This document shows positions 21,945 through 31,334 of a stretch of DNA of 64,000 bases, one piece after another. The notes under the pieces were generated by a model. It did no database searches. It saw nothing but the letters and a program-made list of their open reading frames with translations, and had not been told where the DNA came from. The position numbers were made by a program, and so were the translations under genes. The stretch's first letter is position 1. Every line of letters starts with the position of its first letter. Source of the DNA: Candidatus Kerfeldbacteria bacterium (GTDB lineage: Bacteria > Patescibacteriota > Patescibacteriia > SBBC01 > CAIJZX01); contig CAVSWO010000001.1 in the NCBI GenBank assembly GCA_963731735.1, forward strand, positions 64,761 to 128,760. Direction: 5' to 3'.

Positions 21945-23453
21945 CGGGATTTTTCGGTAACTACGAACCCCATGTAGCGTCCCAGCATCATGCGAGTTTG
22001 CGCGTCAATAGCCGGAATTGATCCGAAGATAATCATTGTTACCGGCAGGAAAGTCCACTGCACGATCATCATGATCCAGCGATACCAGGGCACATGTTTG
22101 GGACGCCGGGGTAGAATACTCATACTAATAACGGCTGAGGCAAACAAGCCTATCATGGCTAGCCCCATCAGCAACTGAATGGTAACTGGTCCGTTTTGAA
22201 CGAGTGGCGAACTGGGATGGGTTTGTCGGGCAACAAAAAACGGTAGCCACCCGAGGACCAAAATGAGCAGCGGTGCAATTGCCCAGGAATATATACCCTC
22301 CAGCTGAATCCAGGTGTATTTCAATTTGGTATGGACCGATAACGACCGATTGTGCAAGAAATTCCAAACGGTAAAGGGGAAATTTTCAACCCCGCCGTAT
22401 GCCCAACGTTGAATTTGGTAATACTGATTTCGCATACTGGTCCAGAATTTCGGTGCCTGGACGGTATCCATAGATATCGGAAGGTAGAGCGGAGTAACGG
22501 TATAGTGGCCGTCATAATGTAAAAAACATTGGACAAAAATTCTAGAATCTTCATTCACCACGTCCGTTTGCCAATATCCGACCTCAATCAAAGCTTGTAA
22601 GGGCATGCTATGGGAGGAAAACGTAAACATCCGGTCAGATCGTTGGGTTTCACTCAACAGCCAAAAAGTTGTGCTGCTCGCCACAATCCGCATTAAAAAC
22701 AAGGATTCCCAAACGTTGTTATGAAATAGCGGAATCGGTTGGAAGCTGGTCCGTTGTCGGTTCGGATGGGTTAGGAACGCATGGGTCAAATAGCTAAAGT
22801 ACTGGGGGTGAGCGATCGTATCGGCATCAAAGGTCGAAACCAGGACATGCTCATACGGAATTTGCCGTTGGTCGATCCACGTCCGCAGGCGTTGGGCAGC
22901 CCAGGTACAATTCGCTCCTTTAGCCGCGATTTCTCCCGGAATATTAGCCGGATGCTCGGTGACTAAAAATTCCAAAAAGACTGATTGAAACTCCTGTTGC
23001 ACCTGCATGGCAATCGGGCGGACACGTTCCGTTTCGCGTTCCTCAGTCGCGAGTACGATAATCATCCGATCTTTCGGGTAATCCACTGACTGCAACGAAC
23101 GCAGAGTCGCCCGTAAAACCTCAATCGGTTCTTTATAGGTCGGAATGATGATGGCGTGATAGACGCGGTTCCAATTCGGAAGTACTTGCAGCCGGGCCAA
23201 CCAATGAACGTGTCGTTCGCGTTGAAAGCGACGAAAACCAAGTAAAATATACCCCATCACATATAAGACGCGAATCAACCAATAGACATCGAAGAGTAAA
23301 ATAAACACAATTGCCCACAAGGGTGCGATCAAACGATACGGCAATTGCAATGACCAACGATGACCAAACCAGGCCGCCAGGAATCATTTCCAACCAGCGG
23401 TACCGTTGTCGTTCAGTCCGATTCGTAATCAGGCGCTTAATCCATGGACGCAT
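21941..23453 (-). CDS. membrane glycosyltransferase family 2, frameshifted near 23331
   Basis: PTYKE, FDAD, ED, QIQRW motifs. The N-terminus (RWLEMIPGGLVW) is in the adjacent frame from ATG 23453. Confidence 0.8.
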
Positions 23454-23492
23454 AGTGGGGGCTACCCTACCATTCAAGTTACCCGGAGTCAA

Positions 23493-24992
23493 TTAGCCTA
23501 GGCTGACTACTTGCGTACGCCGCAAAGCGGCTTTGGCCAGCGCCAATCGATCCTGGTTAAAACTGTACAACGTGTAAACTGGGTGTCCGCGTTCTACCCG
23601 TTCGCCGATTTTATGGTGTAGATAAATACCGCCCAGTTTATGCTCCGGAGCTCCCAGCGTTCGCGCCACTTCATCAATCGCCCGGTTATGAATGGCCTTG
23701 ATCCGCCCACTTTTTGCGGCCCGGACATCATAAGACACCGCCTGATGCATCAAGACTTCGGCATCGATAGCTGAATTTCCACCCTGGGCCCGAATAATCT
23801 GTCGCATCTTCTTGACCGCCGATCCGTCGGCTAAGGCCGTCCGGGCTTGTTCCAGGCCTAACCGGTAGGAAGTACGTCCGGTCAAAGCTAACAGCGTCGC
23901 GACAAGTTCAAGGGCTTTTTCTTCAAGGTCTAGCGGGCGGTTGGCTTTTTGTTGCAGGACCCGCATGACGTCACGCGCCTCGAGCGCCGGTCCAATTCCT
24001 TGGCCAACCGGTTGATTGGCCGGGTCCATCCGGACCGTAATTTTGATCTTGAAAGCTTTGGCCACCGCCTGAAATTTCTTTTCAAGCAGTTTGGCGGTTT
24101 TTACGTTCGGAATTTTTGTATCTGGCCCATACGGCATATCAATGACTAAGTACTTGATGCCCATGGCCACTTTTTTGGCCATAATACTGACAATCATCTT
24201 GTCGTAAGGTTCAAGCGAGAGTGGCTTCGAGACCCGGATAATGATATCGTCGGCCGGGGCAATACTTAGTCCCCCGCCCCATATCAAACACCCGTTCGTG
24301 TGGTTGACGATTGATCGGACTTTGTCGCCAGTAAACCCGACCGGCGCCAGAACCTCCATCGTATCCGATGTCCCCGAAGGTGAAGTGATTGCACGCGAAG
24401 AAGTTTTTGGAATGGTTAGGCCCAGGGCCGCGATCACCGGAATGGCCACCATGGTTGTTCGATTTCCGGCCAAACCCCCGACCGAGTGTTTATCGACAAC
24501 ATACGGGCTGGGCCACCGAAACATTTCTCCAGTTTGGGCCATGGCTTCCACCATCCAAACCAATTCATCAAGCGAATACGGTTTGACGTACCCGGAACTG
24601 ACAAAATAGGTCGTTTCGATGGTCCCGAGTCGGCGGCTGACGATATCTTGAATAATTGAATGCATTTCCTCCCGGGTAATTTTTCGTCCTTGGAGTTTTT
24701 TCTTAATGGCCGCCACCGAAACTGGCCGGGCGATGACTTCAATCGTAAGTAGGTCTCCGGCCGTGGGCTTTAAGACTTTCCAGACTTCATCGAACAGTCC
24801 AATTTCCCCGTGACGGATCGAATGGTGGGTGATATCGGCGACCACCACCATACTTTTCCGTTGATAGGTTATTTTTAATCGATCTCCGGGAGTAATCCCG
24901 AAACTGGCTGCGTCATGACCGCGTAAGACCACAATCCGTGAATCGTTGCCGGTATGAATATCGATTGGTTGGAGTTTCAGGGCAAAGGACAC
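23493..24992 (-). CDS. deoA: AMP phosphorylase / thymidine phosphorylase family protein
   Basis: N-terminal double-psi extension, DKHSVGG, PKTSSRAITSPSGT, GIGPALEA; 499 aa archaeal-type form. Confidence 0.88.
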   Translation of the reverse strand: MSFALKLQPIDIHTGNDSRIVVLRGHDAASFGITPGDRLKITYQRKSMVVVADITHHSIRHGEIGLFDEVWKVLKPTAGDLLTIEVIARPVSVAAIKKKLQGRKITREEMHSIIQDIVSRRLGTIETTYFVSSGYVKPYSLDELVWMVEAMAQTGEMFRWPSPYVVDKHSVGGLAGNRTTMVAIPVIAALGLTIPKTSSRAITSPSGTSDTMEVLAPVGFTGDKVRSIVNHTNGCLIWGGGLSIAPADDIIIRVSKPLSLEPYDKMIVSIMAKKVAMGIKYLVIDMPYGPDTKIPNVKTAKLLEKKFQAVAKAFKIKITVRMDPANQPVGQGIGPALEARDVMRVLQQKANRPLDLEEKALELVATLLALTGRTSYRLGLEQARTALADGSAVKKMRQIIRAQGGNSAIDAEVLMHQAVSYDVRAAKSGRIKAIHNRAIDEVARTLGAPEHKLGGIYLHHKIGERVERGHPVYTLYSFNQDRLALAKAALRRTQVVSLG

Positions 24993-24996
24993 GAGT

Positions 24997-25983
24997 CTAG
25001 GGCTTCAAGGACGTGATAATTGAGCGATGGGTCGGACGCTGAGCGGTCAACAATCCGGCTTTGGCGCCAATGTGCTGAATGACCGATTGCGCGTTACTGG
25101 TTCCAAATTGAAGTCCGGCCGGAATATCTCCCGGATGACGAATATATGAACTGATAAACCCGCTGCCAAAGGCATCGCCGGCTCCGGTCGTATCAACGGT
25201 CCGGACTAACCGAGTCGTGCAGTGCCAGGCTTGGGTAGCCGTACCGGCGACCGACCCGTCTGACCCCAGGGTGATGAGGACTACCCCGCCGACAAATTGT
25301 CGCAGGCGGTCCAAGGCTTCCCGGTGCTGATATTGGTGAAGTCCGAACAACCCGGCGGCTTCTTCCTGATTCAAACTGACCATGGCCGCCTTTCGAAGCA
25401 ACGGTTTTAACCGGGTTAAACCGAGTGCCAATTCGGCCTGTCCGGGATTCCAGGCGATGTTCATTTTTGCCGCTTGGGCCCGTTTCCAGACATATTCGAG
25501 ATCTCGCCGACTGCCGCCAAGTGAAGTTATGTAGAGCCATTTTGCGCGAAAACGGTGCCAGGGTACTTTTGTCACGGCGATCGACTGCGAGGCACCGCGA
25601 AATACCAAAGCCGTTCGCTCACCCCGCGGCGTCAGCAGTAAGACCGAATACCCGGTTGGTTGTTTGAGGTCCCGCATGAGCAGGGCGGTATCGACCTTTT
25701 CCTGCCGTAATTCCCGCTCAATCAGTTTGGCTCGATCATCGTGATTTCCAACCTCGCCAATAAACGCCGTTCGGAATTTTTGTCGGGCAAAGGCCACGGC
25801 GGTGTTGGTGGCTCCTCCACCCGTGCTAAAAACCACTTCGTCAATTGCTATTTTTGATCCGAGCGCAAAACATTCTGCCTCGCCGGTTGAAAAACTTTGG
25901 TCCGGGATAACTCGCAGCGCTCGGCTCTTGAGAAAAACGTCTCGGGTGGCCGATCCGACGGTGACGACATCGTAGTGTTTCAT
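24997..25983 (-). CDS. PfkB family carbohydrate kinase
   Basis: GGGATNTA, DTTGAGDAFGSGF. Confidence 0.9.
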   Translation of the reverse strand: MKHYDVVTVGSATRDVFLKSRALRVIPDQSFSTGEAECFALGSKIAIDEVVFSTGGGATNTAVAFARQKFRTAFIGEVGNHDDRAKLIERELRQEKVDTALLMRDLKQPTGYSVLLLTPRGERTALVFRGASQSIAVTKVPWHRFRAKWLYITSLGGSRRDLEYVWKRAQAAKMNIAWNPGQAELALGLTRLKPLLRKAAMVSLNQEEAAGLFGLHQYQHREALDRLRQFVGGVVLITLGSDGSVAGTATQAWHCTTRLVRTVDTTGAGDAFGSGFISSYIRHPGDIPAGLQFGTSNAQSVIQHIGAKAGLLTAQRPTHRSIITSLKP

Positions 25984-26825
25984 GCTTTCCTCCGGCTCCC
26001 AAATAGTATCATTTTCTTTTCCACCTCACGTTGCATCGCCTCGCGTCCAGCTGCCAAATAGACTCGCGGATCATAGAGTGATGCCTGTGAGCGCAAGGTC
26101 TTTCGAACCGCCGACGTGAAGGTCTCCTGTGAATCCGTATCAATATTTATTTTACAAATACCGAGTCGAATCGCTCGTTTAATCGCAGCCGGCGGTGTAC
26201 TGGAAGCTCCATGCAGCACTAACGGAACATGCACGACTTTCCGGATTTGTTGCAGGCGCGGAAAATGTAAATGTTCATGGGGCTGCGGTGGACCGTGGGC
26301 ATTGCCAATCGCGACCGCAAACGCCACCACGCCAGTGCGGCCAACAAAGTCGGCGGCTTGAGTCGGATCGGTCATCGCTAAACTCGGATCGCGGTTAATT
26401 TCGAACTGGTATTTCACCTGCCCCAATTCACCCTCCACGCCGATTTTTCGGCGTTTTCCGAAAGCCACCACCCGCTTGGTTTGGGCAATATTTTTCGCAT
26501 ACGGCAGTCGACTGCCATCAAACATAATGCCGGTATACCCAGCCGCCAGGCAGGCCTGGGCTTCCTTAACGGAATGTCCATGATCGAGATTCAAAACGAC
26601 CGGAACCGGGGTAACGGACGCCAGTACTCGCACAATGGCCGCCAGGGCCTGACGATTACCGTACGCAATCGCTCGTTCCGACGTATTGATGATGACCGGT
26701 GAACGTTGGGCTCGGGCGGCTTGGAGCACCGCCTGAATCTGTTCAAGGTTGGCGACGTTAAAAGCGCCAACCGCGTACCGTCCACGTTGCGCTTTTTGTA
26801 ACACCGTCTGTAAGGTCGCAAGCAT
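25980..26825 (-). CDS. fba: class II fructose-bisphosphate aldolase
   Basis: YAVGAFN, LDHG, EGELG, GNAHG, LHGAS, KINIDT. Confidence 0.93.
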   Translation of the reverse strand: MLATLQTVLQKAQRGRYAVGAFNVANLEQIQAVLQAARAQRSPVIINTSERAIAYGNRQALAAIVRVLASVTPVPVVLNLDHGHSVKEAQACLAAGYTGIMFDGSRLPYAKNIAQTKRVVAFGKRRKIGVEGELGQVKYQFEINRDPSLAMTDPTQAADFVGRTGVVAFAVAIGNAHGPPQPHEHLHFPRLQQIRKVVHVPLVLHGASSTPPAAIKRAIRLGICKINIDTDSQETFTSAVRKTLRSQASLYDPRVYLAAGREAMQREVEKKMILFGSRRKA

Positions 26826-26842
26826 GCCTGTAGTTTAGCATA

Positions 26843-27487
26843 TTACCGGACTTTCGACACCGCATTCTGCAGTTGTCGTAAGGCCTGCGCCGGATCCCGG
26901 GATCGTAATAAAAATGAGCCGACCACCAAGCGTGAAGCCCCGGCCGCAACGAGGCGCGGAGCGGTTTGTGGCGTCACCCCACCATCGGCCGTAATCGTGC
27001 ATCGCGGGTACCGGACGTGGAGTTGTCGAACTCGTTCAACCGTACCCGGCCAAAATCTTCCTCCATAGGCTCCCGGTCGAACGCCCATGACCGTACACTC
27101 CGAAACGCGTGAAAGCCAGGGTGTCAATTTGCCGATCGGCGTGTCCGGATTGATCGCCAAGCTAACAGGAATTTTTCGCGATCGAAAAAGTGCGAGCAGG
27201 ACCGGCAGTTTCGGCTGTAATTCGACCGGAATAATTATGCGTTGTTTGGCGCCTGGCAGCAACAATGGTAGCCAATTTTCCGGCTGGACAACCATGCAAT
27301 GCCATTCTGTCCGCGTCGGTAATTTTTTCGAACGTAAAAACGTTTGTGACACCGAACGTGTCTTCACAAACCGTCCGTCCATTACATCAATATGGAGTTC
27401 CCGACTAAGTTCAAGCGCCAGGGCCAGCCGCCGGTCAAACTGCTGAGCGGTACCCGCCAGGACAGCCGGAATAATTTTAACGCGCAT
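26843..27487 (-). CDS. rpe: ribulose-phosphate 3-epimerase
   Basis: HIDVMDGRFV, H.MV, MGV.PG, DGGV. ATG 27487 overlaps the rpiB end. Confidence 0.9.
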   Translation of the reverse strand: MRVKIIPAVLAGTAQQFDRRLALALELSRELHIDVMDGRFVKTRSVSQTFLRSKKLPTRTEWHCMVVQPENWLPLLLPGAKQRIIIPVELQPKLPVLLALFRSRKIPVSLAINPDTPIGKLTPWLSRVSECTVMGVRPGAYGGRFWPGTVERVRQLHVRYPRCTITADGGVTPQTAPRLVAAGASRLVVGSFLLRSRDPAQALRQLQNAVSKVR

Positions 27488-27941
27488 GTTCGATCCGAGC
27501 GATTTCATGTAATCGACGGGTGTGCCGCCGTTGCTGAGAATAATCCGTGCGCAGCCAGGTTTGCACAATTTGTTTGGCCTTTGGCAGGGTCAAATGATCA
27601 GCCGCGAGCGATAAGACATTCGTGTCTTCATCACGCCGGGATGCACGAGCAACCGCCCTCGACCAGCCTTGCACCGCTCGAATGCCTAAAAATTTGTTAG
27701 CCACCAAAGCCATGCCGACACCGGACCGGCACGACAAAATGGCCCGACTGTCGGGTTGTCGCTGCACCAGGCGAACGGCGCGAGCGGCCCAAATTGGATA
27801 ATCATCCGTTTGGTTTGGCCGGGCTGGCTCAAGCGACCGGACCTCCCAGCCCTGAGCCGACAGCCAGGCAGCTAACGAACGACTGAGTTTCCAGCCGCCA
27901 TGATCGGAAGCGAGGATTAATACCGGCTTAGTTTTTGCCAT
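27477..27941 (-). CDS. rpiB: ribose-5-phosphate isomerase B
   Basis: ASDHGG, DYP, CRSGVGM..VANK, RH.RRL. Confidence 0.92.
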   Translation of the reverse strand: MAKTKPVLILASDHGGWKLSRSLAAWLSAQGWEVRSLEPARPNQTDDYPIWAARAVRLVQRQPDSRAILSCRSGVGMALVANKFLGIRAVQGWSRAVARASRRDEDTNVLSLAADHLTLPKAKQIVQTWLRTDYSQQRRHTRRLHEIARIEHAR

Positions 27942-27945
27942 GGAT

Positions 27946-28128
27946 TTAGGAGTTGGTTTGGGTGGTGAACGAACGATCGGTTTCGACGCCTGCGTTAATC
28001 GGCGCGGAGGTATTGGTGTTGCTGATGGCGCTGTTGCTTGGCGTTGTTCGCGAGCTCGACCACCACCAAACACCGCCAGCCAGGATACCCAGGACGATGA
28101 TAACCACGATAATTGTGTTTGTTTTCAT
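27946..28128 (-). CDS. small single-pass membrane protein
   Basis: MKTN plus hydrophobic helix and S/T/N-rich tail; fits the gap within the operon. Confidence 0.6.
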   Translation of the reverse strand: MKTNTIIVVIIVLGILAGGVWWWSSSRTTPSNSAISNTNTSAPINAGVETDRSFTTQTNS

Positions 28129-28137
28129 ACGCGACGT

Positions 28138-28449
28138 TTAATTACTTTGATAGAGTGAAAGCATGTGTTTAGCCTTAGCCGAAATTTTTGTCGGATTCCA
28201 AGGCGGATCAAAGGTGACGGTGATCTGAACATCCGCCACACCCGGTATTTTTTTGACCGCTTCGGTCAATTGATCATGAAAATACGGGACCAACGGGCAG
28301 CCGGGTGTCGTCAGAGTCATGGTGATACCCACTCGCTCCCCCGTCATTTTGACATCGTAGATCAATCCCAGACTCACGACGTCAATACCGAGTTCGGGAT
28401 CGTTGACGGTTGAAAGAGCCTCAAAAACTTTTTCTCGGCTAGGCGCCAT
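28138..28449 (-). CDS. metal-sulfur cluster assembly factor (DUF59/SufT-like)
   Basis: DPELGIDVVSLGLIY, TLTTPGCP, FDPPW. Confidence 0.92.
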   Translation of the reverse strand: MAPSREKVFEALSTVNDPELGIDVVSLGLIYDVKMTGERVGITMTLTTPGCPLVPYFHDQLTEAVKKIPGVADVQITVTFDPPWNPTKISAKAKHMLSLYQSN

Positions 28450-29377
28450 GTTTCGCCGCCTGCTCGCTCAGATATTTTTCAGCTTCAAGCGCAGCCATAC
28501 ATCCCCAGCCAGCGGCCGTAACCGCTTGACGATAGCGCCAATCAGCCACGTCACCACCGATGAATATTCCCGGGATTGATGAGAAAACTTGATTGGTGAC
28601 TTGTAAATATCCCGGCCCAACGAGTTCAAGTTGATCGGCAAAAATTTTTGTATTCGGTTGATGCCCAATGGCTAGGAAAACGCCCTGAACCGCTAACTCC
28701 TGTTCCTGCCCGGTCGAAACATTTTTTAGTTTGATACCCGAGACTGTTTGTTCGCCCAAAACATCGACGACTTCCGTTTGGTAGAGAAATGAAATTTTCG
28801 GATCGGCTTCGGCTCGATGGACCATGGCTTTACTGGCCCGGAGTTTATCTGATCGGACCAGGACGGTAACTTTGGTGGCAAACTTAGTCAAGTACGTAGC
28901 CTCTTCCATGGCCGAATCTCCGCCACCAATGACCACCACCGCTTTATTGCGGAAGAAGAACCCATCACACGTAGCACAGGCCGACACACCTTTGCCTCGC
29001 AGACGCCGTTCATTTGGCAACCCGAGCCATTTGGCCGAAGCGCCGGTTGCAATAATCACGCTCTCGGCTTGATATGCATCGTCACCGGCCCATACGTGAT
29101 ACGGACTGGATGAAAAATCAACTCGGGTGGCCGCCGCTTGGACGATGGTGGTACCAAAGTGTTCCGCCTGTTGTTGGAATGCCTGCATCAATTCCGGGCC
29201 CAGGATACCCTTCGGAAAGCCGGGATAATTTTCGACCTCAGTGGTATTCATCAGCTGTCCGCCGGGTTCAGGACCGGCTAGAAGGATAGGTTTGAGATCG
29301 GCCCGAGCGGCATAAATTGCGGCCGTATACCCGGCTGGACCGGATCCGAGAATTAAGACTTTGGTGTGGGTAGCCAT
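28439..29377 (-). CDS. trxB: thioredoxin reductase
   Basis: GSGPAG, CATCDG, GGGDSA, YRQAVTAAG. Confidence 0.96.
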   Translation of the reverse strand: MATHTKVLILGSGPAGYTAAIYAARADLKPILLAGPEPGGQLMNTTEVENYPGFPKGILGPELMQAFQQQAEHFGTTIVQAAATRVDFSSSPYHVWAGDDAYQAESVIIATGASAKWLGLPNERRLRGKGVSACATCDGFFFRNKAVVVIGGGDSAMEEATYLTKFATKVTVLVRSDKLRASKAMVHRAEADPKISFLYQTEVVDVLGEQTVSGIKLKNVSTGQEQELAVQGVFLAIGHQPNTKIFADQLELVGPGYLQVTNQVFSSIPGIFIGGDVADWRYRQAVTAAGWGCMAALEAEKYLSEQAAKHGA

Positions 29378-29592
29378 AGAAAAAGATTCGTTCCGTTGCT
29401 AACAGCATAGCATATTCACCGATCTTTTTCGATGCAGAGATTCTGACTATCCTAAATATTTTTTGGCTAATTACAGCACTTTTTCGCTTGCCTGATCGGG
29501 TTCGACCTGCCGGTTCCTTGACGGAGATAGGCGAAAACCCTTGGTTTTGCTATACTTTACGTAGGTTTACCATTTAATATTGCCCTACGCCT

Positions 29593-29886
29593 ATGGCAGG
29601 AAAAGCAATGACGAAATCCGCATTCCTCGGAATGCTGGCCGAAAAATCCGGCTTAAGCCGTAAAGACGCCACCGCGATGTGGGATTTCATAGTCGAAACC
29701 GCCTACTCAGAGGCGAAGTCGAGCGGTGAGTTTACGCTCCCGGGTCTCGGCAAGCTGGTCAAGAAGCAGCGCTCCGCCCGAACCGGTCGGAACCCTGCGA
29801 CTGGCGAAACGATCCAGATCCCGGCCAAAACCGTGGTCAAATTCCGGGTCGCCAAAGCCGCCAAGGATTCAATCCTCGGTAAGTAA
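29593..29886 (+). CDS. hup: HU family DNA-binding protein
   Basis: PGLGKL...ARTGRNPATGETIQIPAK; extended -10 TGcTATACT at 29548-29556. Confidence 0.95.
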   Translation: MAGKAMTKSAFLGMLAEKSGLSRKDATAMWDFIVETAYSEAKSSGEFTLPGLGKLVKKQRSARTGRNPATGETIQIPAKTVVKFRVAKAAKDSILGK

Positions 29887-29901
29887 CGCTTTCCATATCC
29901 C

Positions 29902-29924
29902 CCACTCCGCCCTCGGCGGAGTGG
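29902..29924. terminator. hairpin between convergent genes
   Basis: CCACTCCGCC-CTC-GGCGGAGTGG perfect 10 bp stem. Confidence 0.6.
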
Positions 29925-31334
29925 TTATGGTAGGCGCAGTGTTTGGCCAATCGTTGGTTCAATAATCGACCACTGCGGATGGCGCTGCCGAAGCAGCGTG
30001 GCCAGGGCTGCCGCTCGATCCGGTTCGGAATGGGTGAGGGCAACCAAGTGTAGCCCCGGGATTTTTTCGGCATAGGCCATCAATTCATTCGCATCGGCAT
30101 GCGCGCTTAAATCATTGAGAATGTCGAGTTTGGCCCGGACCGGATAGCGACGGCCATATATGCGTATATGCTTTGCTCCTTGGACCATATGCCGACCCAT
30201 GGTATGAATGGCTTGGTACCCGGTAAACATTACCGTAGTGGTCGGATCGGAAACAAAATTCTTCAGATGGTGCAAGACCCGTCCGCCGGACAACATGCCG
30301 GACGCGCTAATCACCATCCACGGTCCCGGCCGTTTGAGTATCGCCTTTGATTCATCCACGCTTTGAGTAAATTCAAGGTTTGTAAAATCCAAGGGATTTT
30401 CATTTGGTCGTGAAAAATCCTGACGTGATTCTTTGTCGTAATCATTTTGATGTTTGGCGAAGACTTTAGTGATTCGGCTGGCTAACGGACTATCGATGAT
30501 AATTGGGATCCGCGGAATTTTTCCTTCGTCCGTCATCCGGTGCAAAATATAGATTAATTGCTGGGTGCGACCCATCGAAAAGGCCGGTACAATCACGCGG
30601 CCATGCAATTTGACGGCCCGCTGAATGGACGCAATCAAGGCGCCTTCAACCTCATGTTCCGGATGGTGAAGCCGGGTTCCGTACGTCGCCTCCATCAGCA
30701 AGATATCCGCCGCCTCTTGAATTGGCTGCGGATCACGCAATAACGGCCTCCCAGGACGCCCTAAATCGCCCGTATACGCGAGTTGACGGGCTTGTCCGTG
30801 TTCTTGACCGCGAATGACGGTCACGGCTGATCCGAGGATATGACCGGCATCGTAAAGCTTTGCCTCCACGCCTTCGGCCACGGTCGTCCAGGCATGATGA
30901 TCGGTATTGTAAGGCAAATGGACGAAATGCTGCATGACCGCCGGAATGTCATCCTGGGTATACAATGGCTCACCCGCATCCGGATCCTGAATGCCGTGTT
31001 TGCGTAAATACATGGCATCCTGTTCTTGGATATGCGCCGCATCGAGTAAAATCAATTCGGCTAAATCCCGGGTTGCGCCGGTGGCAAATATTTTTCCGCG
31101 GAATCCTTGTTTGACTAAGACTGGTAAAAGCCCAACGTGGTCGAAATGGGCGTGCGAAATAATGACGGCATCGATTTCAGCCGCCGCAAAACCCAACTGC
31201 TTATTCCGCTCTCGCGCCTCCTCGCGGTGACCTTGGTATGCCCCGCAATCCAATAATATCTTTTTACCGGCGATTTCTACGAGATGTTTCGAACCGGTAA
31301 CTTCACCGGCAGCTCCAAAAAAAGTGACATTCAT
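29925..31334 (-). CDS. MBL-fold beta-CASP ribonuclease
   Basis: GAAGEVTGS, SHAHFDHVG, AGHILGS, TGDLG, SAHAD, THSE. Confidence 0.92.
   Translation of the reverse strand: MNVTFFGAAGEVTGSKHLVEIAGKKILLDCGAYQGHREEARERNKQLGFAAAEIDAVIISHAHFDHVGLLPVLVKQGFRGKIFATGATRDLAELILLDAAHIQEQDAMYLRKHGIQDPDAGEPLYTQDDIPAVMQHFVHLPYNTDHHAWTTVAEGVEAKLYDAGHILGSAVTVIRGQEHGQARQLAYTGDLGRPGRPLLRDPQPIQEAADILLMEATYGTRLHHPEHEVEGALIASIQRAVKLHGRVIVPAFSMGRTQQLIYILHRMTDEGKIPRIPIIIDSPLASRITKVFAKHQNDYDKESRQDFSRPNENPLDFTNLEFTQSVDESKAILKRPGPWMVISASGMLSGGRVLHHLKNFVSDPTTTVMFTGYQAIHTMGRHMVQGAKHIRIYGRRYPVRAKLDILNDLSAHADANELMAYAEKIPGLHLVALTHSEPDRAAALATLLRQRHPQWSIIEPTIGQTLRLP

Noticed and set aside
12720-23335. Programmed frameshifting or phase variation
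   Set aside because: No slippery heptamers or long homopolymers; all four are single insertions in ordinary genes.
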